A stretch of DNA of 64,000 nt from Eledone cirrhosa. Lineage: Eukaryota. Of the stretch, positions 1-14,822 are shown piece by piece. The stretch is from contig OZ024750.1 in the NCBI GenBank assembly GCA_964016885.1, positions 18,104,001 through 18,168,000 of the forward strand. The letters are read 5' to 3'. Position 1 is the stretch's first letter, and each line of letters opens with the position of its first letter. A program made the translations under genes and the position numbers. The notes under the pieces are model-generated. The model searched no databases. It was given only the letters and a program-made list of their open reading frames with translations, and was not told the DNA's origin.

Positions 1-316
1 CGTTGCTCTTCTTGATGGCGAATGCACTCGCATCGGAGTAGCCCAACGCCTCTGCCTCCGCGTGTGTGAGTCACATAAATGCCGCCGTGTGGCTGCCGTT
101 GTCGAGTTTGGCCAGCATCTACTCTCATATCACCAGAGCGCAGCCTGGTTACCCCGATATGTCGCTCTGAACGACATATTGAGAAAAAGTCTGGATGCAT
201 CTGGCTTCCCATCACAATTGGAGCCAGCAGGTGTCGACCTCGGAGACGGCAAGCGCCTCAACGGAATTACCATCTTCCCATTCGAAGGAGGTAAATCCCT
301 CATCTGGGACACCACA
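1..316 (+). mobile_element. Decayed CRE-like (restriction-like endonuclease) non-LTR retrotransposon fragment
   Basis: Translation reads RLCLRVCESHKC..GQHLLS..RYVALNDILRKSL..GFPSQLEPAGVDLGDGKRLNGITIFPFEGGKSLIWDTT. This matches the CCHC knuckle plus 'DGKRPDG...L.WD.T' RLE motif, with key residues mutated. Confidence 0.8.
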
Positions 317-859
317 TTCTTCCAACTTAGTCGCTTCAGCCACAAATCCCTGTACTTGCGGCCCACAACATTAGTACCAGTAAAGAACTGGCGTCAATTT
401 AATCGCACTTCCCCCTCCTCTAAATTGCTGGTCTTGTGCCTAAATTATGCACCATTCTTGTTTTAATGTTTATTTCTGTTGGTCGATTTTAGATTACATT
501 TCCACAGGAAAAAAGGAAAAAAGATTTCTCGGCATTTCCAGTCCTTTTCATTTCCTGCCTGTATTAATCCTTATACCACATGAGTTTGTATATAAACAGT
601 AATTTATGTTAAGACGTCTTCCTTTTGCTTTCCACCGATGAGCGTTGGGCTCACAATCCTGAGGTATATACACACATCTGTACCACACACACTATATAGA
701 TTAATTCCTAAGTGTAATAAGAAATAGAAGAATGTACAAATGTCAGGAAAGGGAACAGTGTATGAATCACTACCTGCTGTACACCAGGTCCGAACACAGA
801 AGAGTCGAACTCCTACTGTCATCGCTTCCATCTCTCTCGCCCTCCCCATCTCTCTCTAT

Positions 860-1085
860 TGTGAACAAGCAAATGGGGTCCCATGTGATGGCCGCTCTAG
901 GGCCCCGGCGGACAGAATGGAGAAGGCGTTTCCCCGGAGGATGGCAAGGGAGAGGCGCTGGAAGAGCCATTCCAACTCGCGAGGCTCACACCCGCGGCTG
1001 GCCAGCTCAGCGCCTATGGTGGTAAGTAGGGAGGTAGCCCTAGGGCCAAGGACACCAGAGGTCTCCACTGCTAAGGGTTCGACTG
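860..1085 (-). mobile_element. CRE-like RLE retrotransposon C-terminal fragment
   Basis: Minus frame PLAVETSGVLGPRATSLL..IG..L...GCEPRELEWLFQRLSLAILRGNAFSIL, the characteristic CRE/RLE C-terminus. Confidence 0.8.
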
Positions 1086-1140
1086 CTGTCCCATTAAAAC
1101 AAATAACAGCAATTCTCATCGTAGTAACCGGTGGAGTACC

Positions 1141-1229
<89 letters not shown>

Positions 1230-1533
1230 ACGTATACACTGAAACACTAAACAACTCTCGCCTGAAATATTATTAGCAGAAAAACTGAACGACTCATCGT
1301 CGAAAGTGACGGAGGTCCATTCCATTTTATTCTCCCTGGTTCAAACAATACCGTATAATTCACTTTATTTATTACCTCTAAACACACACATATAAGAGGA
1401 GGTCAGAGCTGTTGTCTTCTACCAAGTATCTTTAGACCAGTTTCCCTCCATTCACTGGACTTTTAATTTAATTAATTCCAAGAACTGAAGCCATGATTTA
1501 TGTTTAATTTCCTTCACACACACACAAACAAAT

Positions 1534-1589
<56 letters not shown>

Positions 1590-1671
1590 ACACACACAAA
1601 TATATATATATATGTGTGTACACACACGCATGCATACACACACACGTACACGTACGCGGGCACACACACAC

Positions 1672-1716
<45 letters not shown>

Positions 1717-1726
1717 TGTGTGTGTG

Positions 1727-1793
1727 TAAAAGGTAAACAGAAATAACAACACAATCGGTACAGTATATGGAAGGGATATATTAATTTAACGCT
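1727..1793 (-). mobile_element. Tail of hammerhead family D (Penelope-like) element
   Basis: Reverse complement of the tail that follows the degenerate hammerhead at 22639-22675; further copies at about 17200-17251 and 37272-37338. Confidence 0.6.
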
Positions 1794-1887
1794 TGAAAAT
1801 AAAAAATAAAAAAATAAATAAATATATATATATATCTTATCTGTCTGTGTATATACGTTACCCCACATATATCTTTGCCCCCCCCTC

Positions 1888-1944
<57 letters not shown>

Positions 1945-1945
<1 letters not shown>

Positions 1946-2330
1946 CAACAACTGATTCTTTTTTCAAATACCACTTTGGAAGAAGAATCAGGATGGAGAG
2001 AGAGGTGCTGTACCCCAGCAAGTTTTATGAAAGGTGGGTGAAAGTGGCGAGAATGGCCCGAGTGAATGGGCCTTCTCTCTATATCAGCCTGTAGATTGAG
2101 GAAAAGGAGGAGGAGAGGAAAGGAGTACAAGCTCTTCGTACTCCTGGAGATGAGGGTTGCACATTTTTTTCGGGGGTATGTGTTACCCATATAAACTGTC
2201 TCCCTCTATTGGGGAAAATCGACTAACTTTTAAATTCCATCTGTGATAACATTTTACACGTTTTTATTGTATGTAAACTTCCCCCTTTGTATTTGTCCCC
2301 TTCTTTTGTGCCCCTGTGGCTAATAAAGAA
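1945..2330 (+). mobile_element. 5'-truncated copy of L1/Tx1-like LINE 3' end within (TATC)n
   Basis: Near-identical to 59317-59703 (ORF end, 3' UTR, AATAAA); flanked on both sides by (TATC)n. Confidence 0.85.
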
Positions 2331-2877
2331 ATATATCTATCTATCTATCTATCTATCTATGTATCTCTCAGAATATATATTATATATATATATAACTTAT
2401 TACCTCTAAGAAAAACACACACAAACACAAACTAACAAGCACACACACATACATACACACACACGGGTCGTATGCGTGCGCTCTCGGAGTAACCAATACA
2501 TATTAGCATGTCTTATTTTTGTATTTAACCTCTCAGATTCTAACCAACGAGGGAACTTTTGCATGGTTTGTGGCCAAGCAAGGAATACCAGCCACATCTC
2601 CTTAGTATTTCAACATAACCTCTTTTAAAAACGAAGGACATATTAAGACAATTTATACCTAGATAGCCCCAAATTATCGGATGTATACGGCTAATCTAAG
2701 TTTGCTCGACTATGGCTACCCTGACACTGAGAAGGCCTCTATGTAGTTACTGTACGTGCAAAAATAACAGCTAAATGTCCTTCAAATTAGACTGGGATTC
2801 ATTAAACTGAGGCTTTACTGTACAGCACACACACACACACACACAAACAAACAATGTATAAACATGTATATATATAT

Positions 2878-3073
2878 CAGACATGTCAACTCTCCACGTC
2901 CGATGGGGAGATCTCCCACTCTCTGTGGGGGTGGGTGAGAGATGTCTTCTCTTGTGAAAATGGGATTAGCTTCCATTATGTAAATTCTCTCCATTTTGCC
3001 TCATTTCTTCCCATTTTTGGGCACTGTTTTTCACGGTACTCCCCGTTTGGGTTTTTAGAGGTTGGCAGGTCTG
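2878..3073 (+). mobile_element. MITE family M1 (TIR CAGACCTG(T/C)CAAC, possibly hAT-like)
   Basis: Ends cagacatgtcaac...gttggcaggtctg; homologous copies at 6953-7326, 10255-10449, 12140-12310 and 42849-43017. Superfamily is a guess because no clear TSD was seen. Confidence 0.75.
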
Positions 3074-3448
3074 CAGTGTGCACGACAAGGTGACACAATC
3101 TACAAGAAACTGGCGTGCATGGAGAAATAACGTTCCGTCATCTAGGACAGTCACTCGATTAAAGAACATGATAATTGCGAGGAAAACGTTGGTAGTGATG
3201 AATTGTGTAACATGGTACTCACCGATCAGGATTTTAGAGGTTGGCAGGTCTGATTATGCTGTCCATGTATCCCTGGTGGAAGCGGTTTCTTCTGAACTAG
3301 TAACGAAGCTAGCTTTAAGAATTAAGTATCAAAACTGGGAGGTTATGGTGTGACACCGTCTTATTGCAAGTTTTTCCTGGATAGTGGAAAAACTTGAACC
3401 GTTAAGATCTCCTTCCAGGATATGTCAATATTTATAAAACAAACTTTG

Positions 3449-3509
3449 TATTTTATCTGATGAGAGCGTACCAAAGTTTTGGTACCCTTGAAATATATAT
3501 AATAGAATA
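3449..3509 (+). ncRNA. Minimal type I hammerhead ribozyme motif, family A
   Basis: tattttat-CTGATGA(3457-3463)-stem II gagcgtaccaaa/tttggtaccctt-GAAA(3490-3493)-tatata-TA-atagaata. Stem I pairs over 8 nt with one G:U. Confidence 0.75.
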
Positions 3510-3570
3510 AATATGGTTTTACAAATATAATTTCCATTTATTAATATCATTGATATATATATATATATAT

Positions 3571-3765
3571 ATAGGAACCAGTAAGACCCCGACGGCTGAG
3601 CTCAAGCCGTTTCGACGGCTAATTCTGGACTAGAATTAGCCGTCGAAACGGCTTGAGCTCAGCCGTCGGGGTCTTACTGGTTCCTATTACCCACTCTACT
3701 ACCCCAAGTATTGAGTACTTTGGTGCGTTATGGTTCATCTGGTTCCTTACCACATTTCCTTCGTT
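3571..3765 (+). mobile_element. Fold-back element family C: perfect 56-bp-arm palindrome plus tail
   Basis: Arms 3571-3626 and 3632-3687 are exact reverse complements. Contains GAAA-cggct/agccg-TC (3' half of a hammerhead). Tail shared with 14747-14822 and 40141-40221; sits in (TA)n. Confidence 0.8.
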
Positions 3766-3897
3766 ATATATATATATATATATATATATATCATCTTGAT
3801 CACCTTGACCGACCAGAGAGAGAGAGAGGGGGGGGGGGGATTTGCTAACAACACCAGTATTTCACCGTACTGCCTACACTATATATATATATATATT

Positions 3898-3999
3898 CAG
3901 GGTGTCCCCCAAAAATGTATACACACTTTGATTACCTGTACAGGCAATATTTATTAGAATGCTGTTGAAGTGTGTATACATTTTTGGGGGGACACCCTT
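3898..3999. mobile_element. Tc1/mariner-like MITE family M2
   Basis: TIR cagggtgtccc..aaaaatgtatacacac / gtgtgtatacatttttgg..gacaccct in TA context; copies at 4150-4227 and 40368-40466. Confidence 0.75.
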
Positions 4000-4149
4000 T
4001 ATACATATATACATATGCAACAAGTAGCAAAGATGAATATAAATCATTTTATTCCTGACATAAGTTGCTGTAAAGTAAAACGATAAAAGAAAACAGTTTA
4101 CTCAAGATCCATTAAGATATAAAATATATATAAAATTAATATTTATATA

Positions 4150-4227
4150 CAGGATGTCCCCAAGAAATGTATACACACGTCAACAGTATTCTAATCAAAG
4201 TGTGTATACATTTTGGGGGACACCCTG
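4150..4227. mobile_element. Tc1/mariner-like MITE family M2
   Basis: ta-caggatgtcccc...ggggacaccctg terminal inverted repeats. Confidence 0.7.
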
Positions 4228-4303
4228 TTTATATATTAGAATCTGATCTGTGGCTCAAATATTTAACAATTATTTTTGCCCATTTTTTAGTATTTACTCT
4301 AAT

Positions 4304-4850
<547 letters not shown>

Positions 4851-4871
4851 GAGAGAGGGAGAGAGAAATAA

Positions 4872-5016
4872 CTTCTACGGGACTAGAACTGTTTCATCAG
4901 GGCTTTCTTGATGATTTCCTTCGAATGAAACAGTTCTAGTCCTGTAGAAGACATCTCTATATTAAAACCTTGAGTACCTTGCTTACTGTGGTTACCCCCG
5001 ATTGAACCCGGGATAA

Positions 5017-5020
<4 letters not shown>
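4872..5020 (+). mobile_element. Hammerhead family B element with inverted 5' copy (core C3>U)
   Basis: tttc-TTGATGA(4908-4914)-tttccttcgaat-GAAA(4927-4930)-cag..ctg-TA-gaag. 4872-4897 is an inverted copy of about 4925-4950; tail shared with about 22228-22298 and 47784-47872. Confidence 0.7.
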
Positions 5021-5075
<55 letters not shown>

Positions 5076-5247
5076 ATATATATATATACATATATATATA
5101 CACACATATATATATATGAATGTTATATATACGAATGTTAGATGATACTTAACAGAGCACTTACTTGCAAACACGCAACATAAATATCTTAATATAGTCA
5201 CAGAGTGCAGTTTACATATATTGCAGCAAAGTGTGTTATTACTTTAC

Positions 5248-5334
<87 letters not shown>

Positions 5335-5657
5335 TATATGTGTGTTTGGTTGTGTGTTTTTATATATATTTTAGCTGTTCTAATGATATCGCCGTCGTTC
5401 TTATTGTCGTTGTAGTTATTGTTGTTGCTGTTGTTGTTTATGTTGTTGTTGTTGTTATTTTTACTTAATGGCGTCGTTCTCATACGTCTACGTTCCTTTT
5501 AATTATATATTTCTAAACATATGCTTTGCAGCAATTATATCTGCGACACGTAAATATTTTCATATAGCACTGAACTTACACTCACAAATACCACACAGCC
5601 CCTTAGAAGATATGATGTGTCGCGCAGTTAAAATGAATTATTATTTGCTCCACTGAG

Positions 5658-6104
5658 GGCTGTGGATTCGCAGTATCGGTAGAGGGTCGGACGCTATGCT
5701 TTGCAGCATAGAGTTACGACCCTTTATGATCTGAGTTCAAATCCCGCCTAGGTTAACTTTGCCTTTCATCCTTACGGGTTCGATAAAATAAAGTACCAGT
5801 GATGCACTAGGGTAATTTCTGGCCTTGTGCCAAAAGTAGAAACAATTATTATGAAACATTTTTTTTGATAATTGAATAATAAATAAAAACTAAAAAAATA
5901 AAAATGATCAGTAAAGTGTTGGACACCATGCTTTATGGCATAGAGTTACGGCCCTTTATGATCTGAGTTCAAATCCCGCCGAGGTTAATTTTGCCTTTAA
6001 TCCTTACGGGATCGATAAAATAAAGTACCAGTCATGCACTGAGGTCGATTTAATCGACTTTTCCCTGTCCTAAAATTGATGGCTTTGTGCCTATATAAGT
6101 ACCA
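5658..6104 (+). mobile_element. Two tandem tRNA-derived SINE copies (family S1)
   Basis: A-box-like (t)ggcagtatcggtag, B-box gagttcaaatcc, core gcctttcatccttacggggtcgataaaataaagtaccag, tail ctggccttgtgcc..agtagaaac. Confidence 0.9.
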
Positions 6105-6259
6105 TTTTTTGCTTCAATGATGCTTTGCTTCGTAGTTGTGGGGTTTTGTGTGTTTTTTTTTTTTTTACTAATAAATGCTTACATGAGCAAAATAAAATAT
6201 TAACAAGCGAAACCTCCTAATTGCATTAATTGTTTTGTCTAAACTAAACTAAAAAACTA

Positions 6260-6700
6260 ACCTCCTTAACATATTTGAACTTCATCTGGCCGTGTCAATA
6301 GGAATCTAGACTCCTTGACATATTTGAACTGTATCTGGCCGTGCCAATAAAATATTAGACTCCTTGACATATTTGAACTGCATCTGGCCGTGTCAATAAA
6401 ATATTAGACACCTTGACGTATTTGAATTGCATCTGGCCGTGTTAATAGGAAGTTAGACTTCTTGATATATTTAAACTGCATCTGGCCGTGTCAATAGGAA
6501 GTTAGACTTCTTGATATATTTAAACTGCATCTGGCCGTGTCAATAGGAAGTTAGACGTCTTGATATATCTAAACTGCATCTGGCCGTGTCAATAGGAAAT
6601 TAGACGTCTTGATATATCTTAACTGCATCTGGCCGTGTCAATAGGAAGTTAGACGTCTTGATATATCTAAACTGTATCTGACCGTGTCAATAGGAAACTA
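6260..6700. repeat. 49-bp minisatellite, about 9 copies
   Basis: Unit tagac(t/g)(c/t)cttga(c/t)atat..aactgcatctggccgtgtcaataggaagt; period 49 (6309 to 6358). Confidence 0.95.
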
Positions 6701-6898
6701 GGCTTCTGACTGAATGGTAACGATTCAAATTGTGTCTGCAACATTACACTGTGCCCTTTTTCATTACAGTCAATTCTTAGTAGCTCCTGTCTATTAAGCA
6801 GGGTGCTCAAATCTATTGTCAAGAGGAACTCATTATAATTGATGCGTACCTCTAAAAAGCCCAAACGGGGAGAAAAAGAACATACATATACACACATA

Positions 6899-6952
<54 letters not shown>

Positions 6953-6956
<4 letters not shown>

Positions 6957-7326
6957 TCTGCCAACCTCTAAAAACCCAAACGGGGAGTTCCATGGAAAAA
7001 AAGTGCCCCAAAACGAGGAAAAATGAGGCAAAATGAGAAGATTTTACATAAGTGTTTCTACTTTAGGCACAAGGCCAGCAATTACCCAGTACATTACTGG
7101 TACTTTATTTTATCGACCCCGTAAGGATGAAAGGCAAAGTTAACCTCGGCCGGATTTGAACTCAGATCGTAAAGGGACGTAACTATGCTGGAAAGCATGT
7201 CCGACCCTCTACCGATACTGCCAATTCAATGAAAGCTATACCCATTTTCACAAGAGAAGACATCTCTTACCCACCCCAAAGTGGGTGGGAGATCACCCCA
7301 TCGGACGGGGAGAGTTGACAGGTCTG
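6953..7326 (-). mobile_element. MITE M1 interrupted by an S1 SINE (about 7053-7227)
   Basis: M1 termini at 6953 and 7326; the M1 sequence stops at ..ttttacataa and resumes at aatgaaagcta.. after the SINE. Confidence 0.85.
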
Positions 7327-7689
7327 CAACGCGGAAGCTGTCGGCCAGGCCCCGGTATATGGCATACTTAGAAATCCCTATCTCCCAATATCCCAGAAGA
7401 GAGTACGACAACATCATTGATAAATATCTATTGGACAATGGGATAGGCTACTAGGATAATTGTTTTATAATGTTGATAAACAATTTCGATCAACAATATG
7501 AGTTCAAAATACTAATCAATTTTATATAGCTCAGTATTCAAATTACAGTGGAATAAGCATATAAACATATAAACATATAAACATATAAACATATAAGCAT
7601 ATATTACTGTTAGACACGCGTTGTTGACTATGGTCACTGTTAGCCTATTTTAACGTGTACATATGTGTATCTGTACATCGCCCCATACA

Positions 7690-9050
<1,361 letters not shown>

Positions 9051-10254
9051 GCTATCTTTTTGTTACTTTGTGTTTTAAGTATATCTTGATTTAAGCGAAG
9101 TTATCTGATATATTGTATTATATTCGTTATTCACATTATATTTGATATATTGTATTTACAAAATGATCTTGTGCGAACGTGATTCAAACACAGACATATA
9201 CGGAAACAGAAGCACATATGCTCATACTTAAATATATATGTGCATGGCTAGTTTGTTATTCATTTCTCGTTCCTAGTAAAAGATAAATATGGCTAAATTC
9301 ACTAGAATATCCTATCGGAGTTGACAAGTATGATTGATATATTTTTATGCTTAAGGGTGTTAGAAATAGCAGCCTAAATAACCCTCAAATATCGTTCTAC
9401 TGTGTTGGGTAGTGTAACGTTAGCGATACTATATCTAAAGAAATGAAAGAATGGATGCTCAAGTCTGGAACGTCTTTGATAACAGGTGTGCTCGATTAGA
9501 GATGGCTTGGGATTATACAACAACAACAACAACAACAACAAATTATGGTGTTTTAAACATATGTATGGGTCCTTAATTTGTAGGGTCTTGTGACATACGG
9601 TGTGTATTGGGCATTTTAAACTTGACGGAGCCAATCCGCTCTCCAGATCTGGACACAGTCGATTTTTCCAAGAGAATGGGAGAGAGGAAATGAAAAAAAA
9701 ATATATATATAAAGGAAGAATCGACCACAAAACTGGACCTTGAAAGGATGAAAAGTAAAGTTGACCTTGGTGAGATCTGAACTCAGAACGCAGAGAGCAG
9801 AAACGAATGTCTCACAAACCATTCTGACGTTCTAACAACTCTGTCAAATCATTGCTTAAAATATATTTTAGGATGGCGAATCACGGAGAGAAAAGAACGC
9901 CAGAGAAATTATCCTATGGTATTTACTTTAGTAGCTTTTGCGTACAAAGTTCAAATTCTCTCTTTCATTTCTTGATGGTGCAATCGATTTTTTTTTTATG
10001 ACTAAGTTAATAGACGAAGGGAAGATCCTAAGTTCCTTTTCGGGGCTTCCATTGCTGGTGCGAGAAAGGAAGGAAGGAAGAAAAGAAAGAAGGAAGGTAG
10101 TACAGGAGAAATTTCCCAAGTTTTTGCAACAGAGTGGACTTAGCTAAAAAGAAAAAAAGGCACCCAACGGTCGATGAGGGGCGTTAAACGGAACAACGTT
10201 TTACGACTAATATGTCGTCCTGTGCTGAATCTAGAAACTATATTATTAATATAT

Positions 10255-10449
10255 AAACCTGTCAAATCTCCCCGTCGGACGGGGAGATCTTCTACCCACT
10301 TTGGGGTGAGTAAGAGATGTCTTCTCTTGTGAAAATAGGTATAGCTTTCATTAGGTAAAAACTCCTCATTTTGTCTCATTTTTCCCCATTTTGGGGCACT
10401 TTTTTGTCATGGTATTCCCCGTTTGGGTTTTTTGAGGCTGACAAGTCTG
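10255..10449 (+). mobile_element. MITE M1
   Basis: aaacctgtcaaa...gctgacaagtctg with the same internal sequence as 2878-3073. Confidence 0.75.
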
Positions 10450-10835
10450 TTATATCAAACATCACCATTCCATCATAGCATTTGGCTTTTATTTCTACCG
10501 AATCTCAATTCACACCTTTGCAATGTATTTTTGTTCGAAAAAATACCAGTAATATATTATGTTTTCGCTTGAATCAACTATAGACAGCTCTCTCTCTCTC
10601 TCTCTCTCTCTTACAACAATTGATTTCGTTCTCATGTAAGAGATCATCATTATCTCATTTGTCATTATTTCTTTTTCTGTTCCTTTGCTTTATTCCTTCT
10701 CGTTTCTTTTATATATATATATATCATTTTCTTTCATCACTCAGTTTTCTTTGTTTTCTTTAGTCTATTTTCTCTGTCTATTTTCTCTGTCTACCTCTCT
10801 TTCCCTGTTATATATTCATTTCATTATTTTATATA

Positions 10836-10960
10836 CGGCCATTCTGAGTTCAAATCCCGCCGAGGTTAACTTTGCCTTTCATCCTGACGGGGTCGATAAA
10901 ATAAAGTACCAGTAATGCACTGGGTAATTGCTGGCCTTGTGCCAAAAGTAGAAACAATTA
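10836..10960 (+). mobile_element. 5'-truncated S1 SINE
   Basis: B-box, core and tail present. Confidence 0.9.
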
Positions 10961-12139
10961 TTTTATAGTTTCTTTGCTTCCCCCATTGCCTTTACTATTC
11001 CCGTCTTTGTTTCTTTCAGATTTCTTTCTTCCCCTCTATTTACCCCTCTTAAACACACTGCTACATCTCTCCTTCTTCCTTCCCTTCTTCTCCTTCTCCT
11101 TCTTCGTCTTCCCACTCAGTCTCACTCTCTCTATTACTCTACTTGTTTCTCGTACAACTCGGTCTGTTTCTTTTCATCCGATCTTATCAACAAATTTCCT
11201 GGAGAAGACAAGACAAAGCAAGGTGATTAGTGAGAGTTTTTCTTCGGTAGCTTCTAGTACATAGCCCTCATCTGTCCTTAAACAATGTGATAAGATAGTC
11301 ACAGGTTCTTGGCTCTTCACAATAGTTACAAACTTCCTAATTATATACTTGTATATGTTGCAAGGTGTTTCTTTCTTCGACGATAGATGTAGTTTGAAAT
11401 CTAAGGTAATATATGAAATAGAGACGCTTTCTTGCACATACATACATACACTCGCACACAAATACGCGCTCTCACATATGCAGGCGACCAAATATCAGTA
11501 CATACATACACATACATTCATATACATAAACTCAACCACACGAACACATAGACCCACACACACACACACATTCATATATATGCACTCAACCACACACACA
11601 CAAGCGTACGTTGTGACTTACAGGTGAGCAAACATAAACACGGACACTTTTGTAGCAAATCCTCCTACTTCTTATTATATTTTCTACCCACAATCAGGAC
11701 GTCGCTAATTTAGCTTCTTTGTAATGCTTTCAGCTGTTTTGTGCCCAAACTAAAATATATCTCGTGCCCCTCGAGGAATGTTCGCGAAAACTGATCAAAT
11801 ATGACACACACGACCCTGTAGTTTCTTTCAGTTATAGCAACAAAGACATTAGCAGAGTTCCAGAGACAGGCAGCGATCAACAATTTGGCTGACCACCACT
11901 GACTATCAACTCTTCCTATTTTTCCTCACTCACGTCTCGGTAACTAGATATGTATATATGTACCTACACAAGATGTAACCTATCCAGTCGAAGCGGAGTA
12001 TTTCTCACTAGACTGCTCAACAAATGTTCATGTAAATTATGAGTTCATAACTGTAGAATTATCACCTCTAAACAGAGTTAGTGCAAATCAAACACTAAAT
12101 CCAGTAGAATCATGATTCTAATTCCTGGTTTATATAAAT

Positions 12140-12310
12140 CAAACCTGTCAGCTCTTCCCGTCTGCCGGGGGCATCTCCCCGTCTCCATCCACATTTTTTT
12201 GTGAAAATGGGTATAGTTTTCATTATGTAAAATCTTCCCATTTTTCCCCATTTTCAAGCACTTTTTTTCATGGTACTCCCTGTTTGGGTTTTTAGAGGTT
12301 AGCAGGTCTG
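12140..12310 (+). mobile_element. MITE M1 (internally deleted)
   Basis: caaacctgtcag...gttagcaggtctg. Confidence 0.75.
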
Positions 12311-13242
12311 ATAAATAAGGAATATTATGGACAATCCTATAAAGCAATGAAACAATTTTTATTTTTTATTTAAATTATAATTAATTATTTCAACTTTTAT
12401 GCTGATTTAAACACGTATTTTTTAAGTCTACCATCCAATAACTTTATATCCTTTTTCTCGAATCGATTTGCATAAACATACACATTGACATGAATACATG
12501 CACAATGAATGTGGCAACTTAGTTCTGTAGCTGAGCACCTCCGAGTTATTATTTTGCAGTCGACATCTGATATCTTTTCCTCATCTTCTAACTTAGTATT
12601 CATTTAGAGTACGAGGTAACACGTGGGAGTTAAACCATATATACATTCTTCCTAAATACTAGTTGCATATTTCTTATGCCCTGAATGGTACACTGAGTCT
12701 TGGTTATTATAAACCTGGCGGAGCCCATCCCTTTCCATATCTGAATGCAGCTGATTTCTTTCAGAGTAGGAGATATAACAAGAGAAAGTGAGGGGACGAA
12801 TCGACCATGCCGTTACTTTATTTATCGATTTCGAAAGGATGAAAGGCGAAGTTGACTTTTGGACTCAAAGTGCAGACAGCCGGAACGAATACCATAAAGC
12901 ATTCTATCCGTCGTTCTAACGACTCTGGCTATTTGCCGCCTTCTGCAAATTTATAAGAAAGCTCATGTCGCGTTCATTTTTACAGACATATCTGTATAAA
13001 AGCACATCAGAGCCACGGCATTGTGGACACAGGTGCACATAGGCTGACCTCTCCTATATTACGATGTCTATCCTAGCTATTTGAGTTCTGAGTTCAAATT
13101 CCGCCCATGGGCTGGTGGCTAATACTATTTACTTGATCACGAGAGTAACGAGATCAACTCGTACTTGGCCAGCACGGCATAAAACCAACATAGCTACTGG
13201 GATTTCTTTTAGCGTTGGATCGAAAACTATCGGGTAGAATAT

Positions 13243-13291
<49 letters not shown>

Positions 13292-13404
13292 TATAATTCA
13301 ATAGATTACTTTTTAAACAATATTTATTAAATATCGTCTCATCTAACTTATGATATATTTTTATTACTTTTATTACCTGGCCCATCAGTTTGGTACCTCT
13401 GTAA

Positions 13405-13438
<34 letters not shown>

Positions 13439-13513
13439 GCCATCTATCTATATAGCCATCTATCTATATAGCCATCTATCTATTTGTCCATCTATCTATC
13501 TATCTGTCTCTCT

Positions 13514-13822
13514 TTTATGAAAGGTGGGTGAAAAGTGGCGAGAATGGCCCAAGTGAATGGGCCTTCTCTCTATATCAGCCTGTAGGTTGAGGAAAAAGAG
13601 GAAGAGAGGAAAGGGGGTACTCACTCTTCGTACTCCTGGAGATGAGGGTTGCACATTTTTTCGGGGGTATGTGTTACCCATATGTAATGTCTCCCCCTAT
13701 TGGGGAAAATCGATTGGTTTTTAAATTGCATTTGTGATAGTATTTTACACGTTTTTATTGTATGTAAACTTCCCCCTTTGTATTTGTCCCCTTCTTTTCT
13801 GCCCCTGTGGCTTATAAAGAAA
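13514..13822 (+). mobile_element. Diverged 5'-truncated L1/Tx1-like LINE 3' end within (TATC)n
   Basis: Homologous to 59396-59703; preceded by (TATC)n at 13405-13505 and followed by degenerate TATC. Confidence 0.85.
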
Positions 13823-13954
13823 CATATCTATTTCTCTCTCTTTCTTTGTATCTATCAATTTATCTATCTATTCATCGACCCCTACCTGCCTCCCTCTATC
13901 TCTCTCTCTCTATCTCTCTATCTCTTTCTCTTTCTCTCTCTCTCTCTATCTCTT

Positions 13955-13987
<33 letters not shown>

Positions 13988-14171
13988 TTATATATAAACA
14001 CGTGTGCGCGTGTGTGTGTGTGTTGTGTATGCATATGTATATGTATGCATGCATTTATGCATTTATACGTATATATGTGTGAGAGTGAATGTGTGTATGT
14101 TCCATTCACTATCTCTTTCTATCTCCCCCCTCTCTTTCTCTCTCCCTCTCTCTCACTCTAATATATATATA

Positions 14172-14202
<31 letters not shown>

Positions 14203-14546
14203 TGTGTGTGTGTGATGTGGGAGAGGAACCGACATATACGTTATTAACTGCAGTCTAACTCACTTCCTCAACATCACTCTTTAGATTCGTTATTATTTAC
14301 ATGAAGCCAATCTTCGTGGCCTTTTCAGTTTACATTCTCTTAACGCTGTAATGCTATCAATCAGCACAGTGTGGGACTTGTGAGGGAGAGAAGGGGAGTG
14401 TATGGATATGTAGGGATCTATGATAGATAATATAAGAAGGAAAAGGTGAACGTCTTTCATTCAGTCGCTTCAGAGAGGGCAGACAGACTTCAACATTCTA
14501 CTTAAATTTTCTTTTAAACACAAGTATGCATACGTGTACAGAGTGT

Positions 14547-14603
<57 letters not shown>

Positions 14604-14627
14604 CTATCTCTCTCTCTATATATATAT

Positions 14628-14822
14628 ATAGGAAAAAGTATGACCCCGACGGCAGAGCTCAAGCCGTTTCGACGGCTATTTCTGGAGTCCAGAAATAGCC
14701 GTCGAAACGGCTTGAGCTCTGCCGTCGGGGTCATACTTTTTCCTATTTCCCACTCTACTACCCTAAGTATTGAGTACTCTGGTGCGTTATGGTCCATCTG
14801 GTTCCTTACCACAATTCCTTTA
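14628..14822 (+). mobile_element. Fold-back element family C: perfect 59-bp-arm palindrome plus tail
   Basis: Arms 14628-14686 and 14688-14746 are exact reverse complements; homologous to 3571-3765. Confidence 0.8.
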
